A stretch of 64,000 bases of DNA from a bacterium (GTDB lineage: Bacteria; Patescibacteriota; Minisyncoccia; Phycocordibacterales; JBBTRF01): assembly GCA_037130265.1 (NCBI GenBank), contig JBAXTI010000001.1, positions 171,086-235,085 on the forward strand. The letters run 5' to 3'. Below, one piece after another: positions 48,039-57,653 of the stretch. Below the pieces are notes generated by a model. The model was not told the DNA's origin, searched no databases, and saw nothing but the letters and a program-made list of their open reading frames with translations. Every line of letters starts with the position of its first letter. Within the stretch, counting starts at the first letter, position 1. The position numbers and the translations under genes were made by a program.

Positions 48039-49694
48039 TTAGAGAGACAAATTGCCCTTCACGATCGGCGCTCGCTGGCTACTCGCGCCTTTTAGTGTGG
48101 CCGCTACGGCAATCATAATGGCGTTGTCGGTTGAGAGGTCGCTGGTCGGTAGGAAAAGGGGAATGGAATACTGCTTTGTGAGGGTTTCAAAAGCACCCCG
48201 GAGCACCTTGTTGGCGATGACGCCGCCGCCGATGATGAGGGATTGAGTATTGTGTTGTTCAATGGCGAGTGTGGTCTTTTTCGTGAGCACCTCGGCGATA
48301 GCCTGCTCGGTTTCGTACGCGATTTCGGCTTTGTCGGCATCGGTGAGCGGTCGTGTCTTTTCGATCTCTTTGGTGAGATACAGCGCGGCAGTTTTGAGTC
48401 CAGAAAATGAGAAGTCGAGGTCTTTCGAATGAATCATTGGCCGAGGCAAGGTGTACTGGCTCGCGGTGACCGTCTTGGCGAGGGCACTGATCTGTGGGCC
48501 GCCAGGGTATGGCATACCTAGTATGCGCGCGACTTTATCGAAAGCTTCGCCCACCGCGTCGTCGCGCGTCTTTCCGATGATCTCGTATGAGCCAAGAGCC
48601 GATACCAAGACTAGCTCGGTGTGGCCGCCGCTGATGAGTAATGAGAGTGCTGGCAACGGCGGCTTCGCAAGCTCCGCAAGGCCACTGTGCGACTGTGTAG
48701 TGAGAAGAGAGGCGACAATGTGACCTTCCATGTGGTTGATCGGCATGATTGGAATATTCCAAAGTAATGCCAACGCTTTCGCAAAGCCAACACCGACCCA
48801 GAGTGCTGGTTCGAGGCCTGGTCCTTCGGTGACGGCGATCATGTCGACTGCGGGGCGAGTGAGTGGAGTTTTTGGGGTTGCAGACGAGCTGTGTCGCTCG
48901 ATGAATTTCTCAAAGAGGGCGAGTAGTTCGGCTTCACGGGCGAGAATGATGCGAATTTCCGCGAGTACCGCTTCACTTGCGCCGTTCCAGGCGACCGTTG
49001 GCAGTGTTGTCGCATCTTCTATCTTCGCCGCTTCGTCAAATAATATTTTCTCTAGCAATGGTACAAGGTTTCGGCCGTGCTCTCTCTTTGCCAACACAGG
49101 AAACACGCCGCCATATGGGCGATGGATGTCGATTTGCGAGATTAATTCATGTCCGAGTACCTGGACATTCCGACCTTGCGTGCGGACGAGACTGAGCGCT
49201 GTTTCGTCACAGCTGGTTTCGATGCCGAGGATGATTCGTGGTGATCTGATTGATATAAAAAAGTCGAGAATCATCTGCCTGTGCCCTTCGAGGAATTCGC
49301 CGCTGGCACGAATCTCCGATTCGGACATAAAAATACCATACTGACCTTCCCCGATCTTTACTTGCTTCTCGAAATCCGGCGTCACCAGCAGCGTATATTC
49401 GTGTGCTCGAACCTTGCCGAAAGAATCAGCGTAGTCGTAGGTGCCGAGCGTGGTCAAGGCTTCCTTGAAAGCGGGAAGCTCGAGGTCGATGTTGAGCTCC
49501 TCGAGAATTTCGCGGTGCAGGCCTTGCTCAGGCGTTTCACCCGCTTCGATGCCGCCACCAAAGAGGCCAAATACGTCGGGATTTCTTCGCGCATCTTTTG
49601 ATCGACGTTGCACGAAAGCGTAGCGCTCGTTATTTTGGTCAGACAAAAAATACGGGATCAAGCCTGCTGCATGCTTATGCATATCTACTGTCAT
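48039..49694 (-). CDS. tsaD: tRNA threonylcarbamoyladenosine synthesis protein TsaD (Kae1/Gcp) with N-terminal NUDIX domain fusion
   Basis: N-terminal Nudix box GGGIEAGETPEQGLHREILEELN. Then ILGIETSCDETALSL and HRPYGGVFPVLAKREH TsaD motifs. Confidence 0.65.
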   Translation of the reverse strand: MTVDMHKHAAGLIPYFLSDQNNERYAFVQRRSKDARRNPDVFGLFGGGIEAGETPEQGLHREILEELNIDLELPAFKEALTTLGTYDYADSFGKVRAHEYTLLVTPDFEKQVKIGEGQYGIFMSESEIRASGEFLEGHRQMILDFFISIRSPRIILGIETSCDETALSLVRTQGRNVQVLGHELISQIDIHRPYGGVFPVLAKREHGRNLVPLLEKILFDEAAKIEDATTLPTVAWNGASEAVLAEIRIILAREAELLALFEKFIERHSSSATPKTPLTRPAVDMIAVTEGPGLEPALWVGVGFAKALALLWNIPIMPINHMEGHIVASLLTTQSHSGLAELAKPPLPALSLLISGGHTELVLVSALGSYEIIGKTRDDAVGEAFDKVARILGMPYPGGPQISALAKTVTASQYTLPRPMIHSKDLDFSFSGLKTAALYLTKEIEKTRPLTDADKAEIAYETEQAIAEVLTKKTTLAIEQHNTQSLIIGGGVIANKVLRGAFETLTKQYSIPLFLPTSDLSTDNAIMIAVAATLKGASSQRAPIVKGNLSL

Positions 49695-49697
49695 GTG

Positions 49698-49770
49698 TGG
49701 GCGGTACAGGGCTCGAACCTGTTACCTCGTCGACGTCAACGACGCGCTCTACCAAGTGAGCTAACCGCCC
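49698..49770 (-). tRNA. tRNA-Val (anticodon GAC), CCA not encoded
   Basis: Reverse complement folds: GGGCGGT/ACCGCCC, GCTC-ACTTGGTA-GAGC, CGTCG-TTGACGT-CGACG, ACAGG-TTCGAGC-CCTGT. Confidence 0.7.
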
Positions 49771-49873
49771 AAAATATCAATCAAATACCAATGAATACAG
49801 CGTAGCAGATTTTCGAACATCGTGCTACTATTTTGCTATATTTAGTGTAATGCAGACTATTTAGATCACCTTT

Positions 49874-51256
49874 ATGTTGAAAAACCACTCTCCATGGATC
49901 CATCAGCTCAAACGTACCCGACCAGCGGTGCCGTTGAGTGGGGATGTCGAGACTGATGTGGTGGTCGTGGGTGGTGGAATTGCCGGAATCTCCACGGCGT
50001 ATTTTCTCCTCAAGGAAACGAACAAGCGTGTGCTCCTCCTCGAAGCCGACAAGATTGCTCATGGTGCCAGCGGTCACAATGCCGGACAAATCACTTCATA
50101 TTTCGAGCGGCCAATCCACGATATCGCAAAAGAGTTCGGCCTCTCGATGGCGATCGCGGGACAGCGGGCCGTGGAGTCGGCTTGGGCGTTGATCGACCAA
50201 ATGATGGCGGATGCGGGCCTAAAAACACCCATCTATCGCTTCACTGGCTACGCTGGCTGCACCGGCCTAGATGACCTTCTGACCGTGTTTAAGAACAACG
50301 CATGTCGGCTAAAGGGCGGTCTGCCAATTGAATCAATTATGGTGGCTCAAGAATTCGACCGACTCAAGGAGATTCCGAAGGAGTATCGAGATCTGTATAT
50401 TGTCGCGCCTCAGTCGGACATTTTGGCTCTGCTCGAGACGAACAATCCCGACTATATCGCATCTTTCTCATACCAAAAGGGCTGTACGAACAGTGCGCTC
50501 TTGTGTGAGGAGTTGCTTGCATATCTCGCCAACACGTTCAAGGATCGCTTTTCGTTTTTCGAACAGAGTCCGGTGGAAACGGTGATTTTGCGTGATGCTG
50601 GCGGCGTGGTGAAGGTGGGGGATTACACGATCTTGTGCGAGCGGATCGTGCTCTGCACTAATGGCTTCACACATTTCACCATCCAAAACTTGGCCGGTGC
50701 CGAAGTAGACACTTCTTTTCATCACTCAGTGCACGGACGCATCGGCTACATGGCCGGCTATGTCGAACCGCTCGACAGTCCGCCCACGGCGATCAGCTAT
50801 TTCATGAAGGAGAACGATATTCCCGGCGATCCGACTGGCGACGCCTATTTCTATCTCACGCGCCGGCCGCATGAACATGAAGAAAAGAAAGATGTGCCAC
50901 ACAATTTGATCTGCACCGGTGGTCCGGAGAAAGTGTTGCCGAACATGGCGATCTATTCACGCGAGGACGAGCTATCGGAGGAATATCGCGAGAAGATCGA
51001 CATGTTTTTGCGACAGAATTATCGAAAGTATCCCGGCGAACAAACCGAATACGCTTTTTCATGGCACGGCCTAATGGGGTATACGCCAAATGGTATCCGT
51101 CGCGTCGGTACTGAGCCCTGCAACCCAGTCTTGCTCTACAATCTCGGCTGCAACGGCGTCGGTATTTTACCTTCTATCTTCGGCGGCAAGCGCATCGCGC
51201 AGATTGTTCGTGGTGACAAGTTGGAACCGTCGATTTTTGATCCGGGGAGGAAGTAG
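49874..51256 (+). CDS. FAD-dependent oxidoreductase (DAO family)
   Basis: VVVVGGGIAGISTAYFL dinucleotide-binding motif. 460 aa. Confidence 0.6.
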   Translation: MLKNHSPWIHQLKRTRPAVPLSGDVETDVVVVGGGIAGISTAYFLLKETNKRVLLLEADKIAHGASGHNAGQITSYFERPIHDIAKEFGLSMAIAGQRAVESAWALIDQMMADAGLKTPIYRFTGYAGCTGLDDLLTVFKNNACRLKGGLPIESIMVAQEFDRLKEIPKEYRDLYIVAPQSDILALLETNNPDYIASFSYQKGCTNSALLCEELLAYLANTFKDRFSFFEQSPVETVILRDAGGVVKVGDYTILCERIVLCTNGFTHFTIQNLAGAEVDTSFHHSVHGRIGYMAGYVEPLDSPPTAISYFMKENDIPGDPTGDAYFYLTRRPHEHEEKKDVPHNLICTGGPEKVLPNMAIYSREDELSEEYREKIDMFLRQNYRKYPGEQTEYAFSWHGLMGYTPNGIRRVGTEPCNPVLLYNLGCNGVGILPSIFGGKRIAQIVRGDKLEPSIFDPGRK

Positions 51257-51265
51257 CTTTTTGTT

Positions 51266-51356
51266 TGGCGGAAAGGGAGGGATTCGAACCCTCGTAGAGC
51301 TTTCGCCCTCAGCCGATTTCGAGTCGGAGCCGTTGTGACCGCTTCGGTACCTTTCC
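51266..51356 (-). tRNA. tRNA-Ser (anticodon CGA), long variable arm, CCA encoded
   Basis: Reverse complement: GGAAAGG/CCTTTCC, anticodon loop CTCGAAA, variable arm AGGGC-GAAA-GCTCT, T-arm GAGGG-TTCGAAT-CCCTC. Confidence 0.6.
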
Positions 51357-52349
51357 TTTGTTCTTGTCGGCGAAAAATCGATTGTACCGCTTCGCTATTT
51401 TCTCGTTCGATGACCCAATCTCTCGGAAATACTTTTTTATATCGGGCTCTCTTCTAAGAAACACTGCATATTTAGTTGTCTGCGTTGGATGCAAACCCAA
51501 CCTCTCGAGTGTCTTTTTGAAGAAGTAAACTAGTGGTAGCGATCGGTTCGTAAAATTGAGCGCACAATAAGAATATAGAGTATTTTTGCGCAAATGTCTA
51601 TCTACGTAAAAGCAGCCATCCGTGTCTAGTAAGCCGCGGACACACGCTTTGCTAAATCCAATATTTTGTTCGATCCACTTAGGGACCGCCACCTGCTCTT
51701 TGACCTTATTTCCTGGATACAAACCCATCTTCCCAAGTAGTTTTACAAAGGCGACGCGTGAGATGCGTATCAATATTACTCGCCTGTTATTTTGAGGAGT
51801 CGCCGTCGGCCTCTCGCCGAAAATCTCTTCAAAAAGATCGCATACATATACTGAATATGCCGCATCGTCCTCTTTGTGAAGGGTGATGCTCACCTGTCTC
51901 TCTGTGATACCTCCATCTCCTAGTATGATACCAATCAATTCAGCAAGCTTTTTTGTGTGTTTTGGCTTCTTTATCTTTCTCGCGATAAACGGACCAGTGA
52001 GGACTTTTTTCATGCTCTTTATTGCACGAAGCCCTCCAAGCCTCCTTCCTTCAACTGTTCCAGGGTTTCCGTGTAAACGTATTCGCGCCTTACCTCCAAG
52101 GAGAGCCGCTTTGATCTTTTGTTCTTTTTCGTCAATTTTCTCAGCGCGCCGAGGTGCTTCAACTCCGTATTTTCCGTACACATGATCCAGAAATTTCTCA
52201 GGAATGGACACTTTTCCTCGTCTCCAGTCAAAAAGGTTCCTTCTGGTTACGCCATACTCGTTACTAATTTCTGGCCAGGCCAATCCAGATCTTTCCTGGA
52301 TGTTCCTAAAGAATTCTTCCAAATTTTCTTTGTGAAACCTGAAGCGCAT
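51309..52349 (-). CDS. LAGLIDADG-family homing endonuclease (double-motif) with N-terminal HTH region
   Basis: Two LAGLIDADG-like motifs: LIGIILGDGGIT and VRGLLDTDGCFYV. Last 16 codons overlap the 5' half of tRNA-Ser(CGA). Confidence 0.6.
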   Translation of the reverse strand: MRFRFHKENLEEFFRNIQERSGLAWPEISNEYGVTRRNLFDWRRGKVSIPEKFLDHVYGKYGVEAPRRAEKIDEKEQKIKAALLGGKARIRLHGNPGTVEGRRLGGLRAIKSMKKVLTGPFIARKIKKPKHTKKLAELIGIILGDGGITERQVSITLHKEDDAAYSVYVCDLFEEIFGERPTATPQNNRRVILIRISRVAFVKLLGKMGLYPGNKVKEQVAVPKWIEQNIGFSKACVRGLLDTDGCFYVDRHLRKNTLYSYCALNFTNRSLPLVYFFKKTLERLGLHPTQTTKYAVFLRREPDIKKYFREIGSSNEKIAKRYNRFFADKNKGKVPKRSQRLRLEIG

Positions 52350-52476
52350 CTTTCTATTTTATCAGATATATTCAGATATTTACATTACACATGTCATCCA
52401 CAACACATTTTTTGCCATTTTTTCAAAAAATGCTATGATAAATCGCGTTATCGGGAAGGCCTGGTGACAAATAGGT

Positions 52477-52548
52477 GGCCCTATCGTCTAACGGTTAGGA
52501 CACGGCCTTTTCAAGGCTGGAATCAGAGTTCGATTCTCTGTAGGGTCA
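52477..52548 (+). tRNA. tRNA-Glu (anticodon TTC), CCA not encoded
   Basis: GGCCCTA/TAGGGTC (one G-U), anticodon stem CGGCC/GGCTG, loop TTTTCAA, T-arm CAGAG-TTCGATT-CTCTG. Confidence 0.6.
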
Positions 52549-52573
52549 TGCGTTTTTCGGGTATAATACGAAC

Positions 52574-53251
52574 ATGAGAGATATCGCACAAAAACACGTC
52601 GTATTTTGGAAAGATACGACGGTGTTGCGCCGAGTCGTTTTTGGCGTGCTTTTGCTGGCGATTGGTATGTTGTCTATCTATTATTCCCGCGAGTATACGA
52701 GCGACCATCTGGGAAGCGTGGTTCCGGATATTATTTTGGACAATGTGCCAGTGATGCGTGTGGGACTTATCTTCTTTCAGGGCGCTTTCGCTTTCTTTCT
52801 CGTGCTCGTTGGTGTACTTCTTTGGGAGCCGAAGTATATACCGTTTACTCTTGAGACGAGCTCGGTCTTTTTTCTTACACGGTCAGTATTCATGATCATG
52901 ACGCATCTCTCGGCGCCGGCGGTGGAATACTACACCTATACGAGTCGTGATCATCATGTATCGACGGTCCTTTTTACTCTGAGTTCTGGCAACGACCTCT
53001 TCTTTTCTGGACATGCCGGTTTTCCGTTCCTCGTCGCCCTTATTTTCTGGAAGCAGAAGCCGCTTAGATATTTTTTCCTCGTGTGTTCACTTATCGGGTC
53101 CGTCGCGGTACTACTCGGGCATTTGCACTATTCGATCGACGTGTTTTCGGCCTTCTTCATCGCATACGGTGTTTTCGAAATCAGCAAGAGAATTTTCAAG
53201 AGAGAGCATGTATTTGAGGAGTCGTTGGAAACGCTAAAATCATTAAAATAA
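52574..53251 (+). CDS. PAP2-superfamily-like membrane protein
   Basis: FFSGHAG and LGHLHYSIDVFSAF motifs (SGH / HxxxD) in a polytopic membrane protein. Confidence 0.4.
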   Translation: MRDIAQKHVVFWKDTTVLRRVVFGVLLLAIGMLSIYYSREYTSDHLGSVVPDIILDNVPVMRVGLIFFQGAFAFFLVLVGVLLWEPKYIPFTLETSSVFFLTRSVFMIMTHLSAPAVEYYTYTSRDHHVSTVLFTLSSGNDLFFSGHAGFPFLVALIFWKQKPLRYFFLVCSLIGSVAVLLGHLHYSIDVFSAFFIAYGVFEISKRIFKREHVFEESLETLKSLK

Positions 53252-53261
53252 ACATCTCAAT

Positions 53262-53834
53262 ATGGAACACGTTGTCTCGCTCATCTCTGCATATGGTTTC
53301 TGGATCTTGTTGCCGATCATGATCGTCGAGGGACCGATTATTACGATCATTGCCTCTTTTTTGGCTTCGCTCGGTACCTTGAACATTGTTGCCGTCTACT
53401 GCTTCGCACTCTTGGGAAATGTCATTGGTGACCTGTTGTACTATGTTGCTGGTCGCTATGGCGGTCTGCCGTTTGTCGAGAAATACGGAAAGTATATCGG
53501 ACTCAAAAAAGAGGCGATTGCGTATGTTGAAAATCACTACCAGAACCATCTGTTCCGAACCTTGCTTATTGCGAAAGTGACAGAAGCTTTTGTTGTGCCA
53601 ACACTCGCAACGGCGGGAATCATGAAGGCCGACATTCGAAAATTTACCTTGCTCGTGACGGCTATTGAGATACCGAAGGTGTTCCTTATTGTGTGTGTCG
53701 GATACTTCTTCGGAAAGCATTATGTTGAGATTGGGGACTATCTTCAGAAAAGTGAGCTCGCACTCGGTGGATTGATTATTCTCCTCGTGTGCGTATTTTT
53801 TGCATACAAAAAGTGGAAACCAAAAGGTATATGA
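53262..53834 (+). CDS. DedA family (VTT domain) membrane protein
   Basis: ILLPIMIVEGPIIT ... GNVIGDLLYYVAGRYGG pattern of DedA/SNARE-associated proteins. Confidence 0.65.
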   Translation: MEHVVSLISAYGFWILLPIMIVEGPIITIIASFLASLGTLNIVAVYCFALLGNVIGDLLYYVAGRYGGLPFVEKYGKYIGLKKEAIAYVENHYQNHLFRTLLIAKVTEAFVVPTLATAGIMKADIRKFTLLVTAIEIPKVFLIVCVGYFFGKHYVEIGDYLQKSELALGGLIILLVCVFFAYKKWKPKGI

Positions 53835-55273
53835 AGACATTTTCCTGCATTATTCCGGCATACAACGAGGCGGCAGGTATCGGGAGGACACTCGAGGTCG
53901 TTTCGCCGCTTATCGGTTCCGCACTTCTCGAGGTGATCGTGGTTGACGATGGGTCAAAAGATCGGACACGCGAGATTGTGAAAGGTTTTTCTAACGTTCG
54001 CCTGATCGAGAATGAGGTCAATAAAGGGAAGAGTGCGTCTGTGGCTGCTGGGATTGCGGCTGCGGCGGGCGAATATATCTTTCTGCTCGATGCCGACCTG
54101 CGCGGGCTGAATGCACAGAATATTCACGACATCATTGCGCCGGTGAAAAACGGCTCGGCTGATTTCTCGATCAGCTACCGAAAGAATGCTTGGCCACTTT
54201 TTCCTTTCAAAAAGATAGATTACCTCTCCGGAGAGCGGGTGCTGTCGAAGGCATCGCTTCTCCCTGTGCTTTCAGAGATGACGCAGTTGCCTGGGTATGG
54301 CTTGGAAGTATTTTTGAATGGTGTCATCCTGCGTAATGTTATGCGTATTGCTGTCGTGCCATGGCCGAATGTCGAGAATACGTTTAATCAAGACGGCCAG
54401 AGCTGGGTCGCGGTGACTCGCAAAACATTGAGGATTTGGCGCAATGTCCTCTCGACGATTTCGGTTTTCGAGATGTATTCGCAGAATTTGCGCCTGAGAA
54501 AACTGCTGGTTTCTGAAGCTGCACCGCGACCCCGACTGAAATTGAGCTTCGTGATCCCTGCGCACAATGAAGAGAAAGTGATTGCTCAGTGTATTGAGTC
54601 GGTACAAAAGGAGATTGCTCGCTATGATTTCGACACGGAGATCGTGGTGGTGAATAACAACAGTAAAGACCGTACCAAGGAGATCGTCGGCCGTATGCCA
54701 GGTGTCACGCTCGTCGATGAGACGCAAAAAGGCCTCGTATTCGCGCGAAAATGCGGTCTAGAGCACTCTACGGGTGAACTCATCGCCAATATCGATGCTG
54801 ACGTCGTGGTGCCTGAAGGCTGGCTTTCTACGGTGATGATGGCTTTTGCTCGGGATCCACATCTTGTTGCCCTGAGTGGTCCGTATATCTACCACGACCT
54901 AGGCTTGGTGCGCCGGATTTTGGTTCGATTGTTCTACTATCTCGGCTATGCTGGCTATATTTTGAACAGTAAAGTGTTTCGTATCAGCGGCATGCTTCAG
55001 GGTGGTAATTTCATCGTCCGTCGTGACGCCATGGCAAAGATCGGCGGCTACGATACTCGCATCGCCTTCTATGGCGAAGATACTGATGTAGCAAAGCGTA
55101 TTTTTAAGGTGGGAAAAGTGCTGTGGACGTTCCAGTTGCCAATGTACACTTCTGGTCGTCGATTTCGAGAGGAGGGACTCGCGACCATGGGCATCAAGTA
55201 CGCCATGAACCACGTGTGGCCGATCTTTTTCTCAAAGCCATTTACGACGGTATACAAAGATATCCGTGAATAA
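53831..55273 (+). CDS. tandem family-2 glycosyltransferase (two GT2 domains)
   Basis: CIIPAYNE ... VVDDGSKDRT and again VIPAHNEE ... VVVNNNSKDRT. ATGA overlap with dedA. Confidence 0.65.
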   Translation: MKTFSCIIPAYNEAAGIGRTLEVVSPLIGSALLEVIVVDDGSKDRTREIVKGFSNVRLIENEVNKGKSASVAAGIAAAAGEYIFLLDADLRGLNAQNIHDIIAPVKNGSADFSISYRKNAWPLFPFKKIDYLSGERVLSKASLLPVLSEMTQLPGYGLEVFLNGVILRNVMRIAVVPWPNVENTFNQDGQSWVAVTRKTLRIWRNVLSTISVFEMYSQNLRLRKLLVSEAAPRPRLKLSFVIPAHNEEKVIAQCIESVQKEIARYDFDTEIVVVNNNSKDRTKEIVGRMPGVTLVDETQKGLVFARKCGLEHSTGELIANIDADVVVPEGWLSTVMMAFARDPHLVALSGPYIYHDLGLVRRILVRLFYYLGYAGYILNSKVFRISGMLQGGNFIVRRDAMAKIGGYDTRIAFYGEDTDVAKRIFKVGKVLWTFQLPMYTSGRRFREEGLATMGIKYAMNHVWPIFFSKPFTTVYKDIRE

Positions 55274-55277
55274 AAAA

Positions 55278-55616
55278 ATGACCACTCCGCTTTCTTCACA
55301 TCCTTCGCCTTCTTCACTTCCACCAAAAGGCTACTACCGGCACTACAAACACGACCCAAAAGGGCCGGAGAACAACTATACCTACGAAGTGATCGGTATT
55401 GGCCGCAACACCGAAGAGGGGACTCTCACCGTGCTCTATAGGCCGCTGTACGACAGTGCCTGGATGCCACCGGCGGATTATCAGTCGCGTCCATTGGAGA
55501 TGTTTATCGGGATGGTTGTGAAGGATGGGAAAACAATGCCGCGCTTCGAACGTGTTACCAACCCAACGTTGATTGCGAAGCTAGAGGCGGTACGCAACGA
55601 AAAGTTTGGGAAATAA
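55278..55616 (+). CDS. DUF1653-like protein
   Basis: GYYRHYKHDPKG ... YTYEVIGIGRNTEEG ... VLYRPLY pattern recalled for DUF1653. Confidence 0.45.
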   Translation: MTTPLSSHPSPSSLPPKGYYRHYKHDPKGPENNYTYEVIGIGRNTEEGTLTVLYRPLYDSAWMPPADYQSRPLEMFIGMVVKDGKTMPRFERVTNPTLIAKLEAVRNEKFGK

Positions 55617-55619
55617 AAA

Positions 55620-55646
55620 AGCTCTCACACCGGAGGTGGGAGAGCT
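55620..55646. terminator. bidirectional terminator hairpin AGCTCTCAC-accggag-GTGGGAGAGCT
   Basis: 11-bp stem. A-run on plus gives a U-run on the minus transcript. Lies between DUF1653 (+) and trxB (-). Confidence 0.45.
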
Positions 55647-55830
55647 CATGAGCTGGGGCGGAATAGGTGGGGCGTTCGTGTTTCGCTCGTTGGAGGCAGG
55701 GGATGGGGTGATCCCTCTGGATGCGAGCATTCTGCAAGGCGCCTGACCTAGTCAATCTTCCGCGTCAGCTCAAAGAATATATGGGAATAGTGTGGATGTG
55801 TCAACACCCCATGCAATGAATTGCCTCTTA

Positions 55831-56802
55831 CTATTTCGCGTGCAGATATCCGTAGATATCCTCGAGTGCTTTCACGGCGTCGCCGGCCGCGATGTTGTTT
55901 TGGTGGTAGAGACCGTCGGTGCAGTCACCAGCTGCCCAAATACCGTCGGTCGATGAACGTTGTGTCCGTGGGTCGACAATGATGTTTCCGTATTCATTGA
56001 GCTTCGCTACATCCTTCACGAAAAAGGTCGTTGGCAAAGAGCCAATTTCCACGAAAATACCTGACACCGCGAGGGAATTAAACGCACTCGCATCTCCCGC
56101 CGCACCCAATTTTGCGTCTTTGTATGTGAGTCCTGAGACAAACTTCTCGCCCGTGACTTCGGTCGGTACGGCATTGGTGAGGATCTTCATTTTTGGATTG
56201 GCGCGGAGCTTGTCGACGGTCACTGGGTCGGCGCGGAAGGTTTCGCTGCGGTTGAGGAGGGTGACGCTTTTGCAGTATGCCAAAAGCTGTGCAGCTGATT
56301 CAAATGCCGCGTTGCCACCGCCGATCACCGCCACATCCTGATCAGCAAAAAGTGGTCCGTCGCAGGTGGCGCAATAGGTGAGGCCTTTGTGCTCGAATAC
56401 ATCCGCGCCCTTCACTCCCTCGAGCTTGCGTCGGTGGCTGCCGGTGGTCACGAGTACTGTCTTGGTGAAAAACTCACCGGCATCGGTGGTCACTTTAAAT
56501 CCAGAATCCTTTCCGAAATCTCCGCCGCTCATTTTCTCGACATTCTTCACGCCAACACCTTCTTTGATATCCACGATATTTCCAGCGTACGCTCGCAAAT
56601 GCACCTCAAGGCTCTTCGACAGATCAACGCCAGAGATCTTCACCGTGCCAATCCAATTTTCAATACCGTCGGAAACGGAACTTTGTCCAAGGAAGTCTTT
56701 GGTGATAAACACCGTCTTCAGACGCTTGCGCGACGCATACACTCCCGCGGCCACTCCCGCTGGCCCACCCCCCAAGATTGCCAAGTCGTATAGTTGGTTC
56801 AT
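55831..56802 (-). CDS. trxB: thioredoxin-disulfide reductase
   Basis: LAILGGGPAGVAAGVY FAD motif. CATCDG redox-active disulfide. VAVIGGGNAAFE NADPH motif. Confidence 0.75.
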   Translation of the reverse strand: MNQLYDLAILGGGPAGVAAGVYASRKRLKTVFITKDFLGQSSVSDGIENWIGTVKISGVDLSKSLEVHLRAYAGNIVDIKEGVGVKNVEKMSGGDFGKDSGFKVTTDAGEFFTKTVLVTTGSHRRKLEGVKGADVFEHKGLTYCATCDGPLFADQDVAVIGGGNAAFESAAQLLAYCKSVTLLNRSETFRADPVTVDKLRANPKMKILTNAVPTEVTGEKFVSGLTYKDAKLGAAGDASAFNSLAVSGIFVEIGSLPTTFFVKDVAKLNEYGNIIVDPRTQRSSTDGIWAAGDCTDGLYHQNNIAAGDAVKALEDIYGYLHAK

Positions 56803-56886
56803 GGCCCATATCATAGCAAATTTTTGCTTTTTTGTGCGCGTCTGTTAGTATCTCTGTAGGTTAACAATCAAAGAGAAAGGTATCGG

Positions 56887-57519
56887 ATGAAGACGATTAC
56901 TTTCGGTGATGATCTGCTTGGTGTTGAGGATCTTGCTATGTCTCTCTACGGGCGCATTCCAAAACTGTGGAGGGAGATTTTCCCGTCCTGGTTTACCGTT
57001 GTGGTTAATCCATCGACGACATTCCGATCATTTGAGTCATTGCAGCCAACTCTCCGTGGGGTTAATTTTGACGCTCGCGAGATTTCAGAATGGGCTGAGA
57101 GAAGCGAAGACTGGCACTCTGTCCATGTCCTACTACAGCAGCCTGATGAAAAACGGGTCTGTTGGAACCTCTGGCTCAGACATTCGGATGATCGAGAGTA
57201 TCTCGCTCACGCCTTCCTTTCTACGGCCGCAGCGATCCTGTGGTGTGTGAACAGTCACTTGCGTGCCCAGTGGCGTATGGGGCTGGTCGGGAAGCGGATT
57301 CAACAGGTGGAGATCACTGACAAGAATGCCGATACCTTCTTTTGCGAGGCATTTGCGGATCGGGTGATCGAACCGAGGCGGTTTTTTTACCGCACATCAC
57401 CCGCATCTCAAGCCTTTGCTCTCATCGAGAAAAAGCTCGAGATGGGAGGTCTATTGCTCGATATTGACCCTGAATGGCTCGATGTCGATGGATTTCGAAA
57501 GGCACTTGCTACAGCTTGA
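56887..57519 (+). CDS. hypothetical protein
   Basis: 210-aa ORF. No motif. Confidence 0.4.
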   Translation: MKTITFGDDLLGVEDLAMSLYGRIPKLWREIFPSWFTVVVNPSTTFRSFESLQPTLRGVNFDAREISEWAERSEDWHSVHVLLQQPDEKRVCWNLWLRHSDDREYLAHAFLSTAAAILWCVNSHLRAQWRMGLVGKRIQQVEITDKNADTFFCEAFADRVIEPRRFFYRTSPASQAFALIEKKLEMGGLLLDIDPEWLDVDGFRKALATA

Positions 57520-57653
57520 TGTCCATGGGTATGCACGAACGGCGCGAGGCCAACAGCCTCCGCCGTTTTTAATTACACAAAATGTCTTTCTAAGTCGTTC
57601 GAAATATGTAAGAGACAGCAGAAAACACATTCAGAAGGAACTGCGGAGCGATA

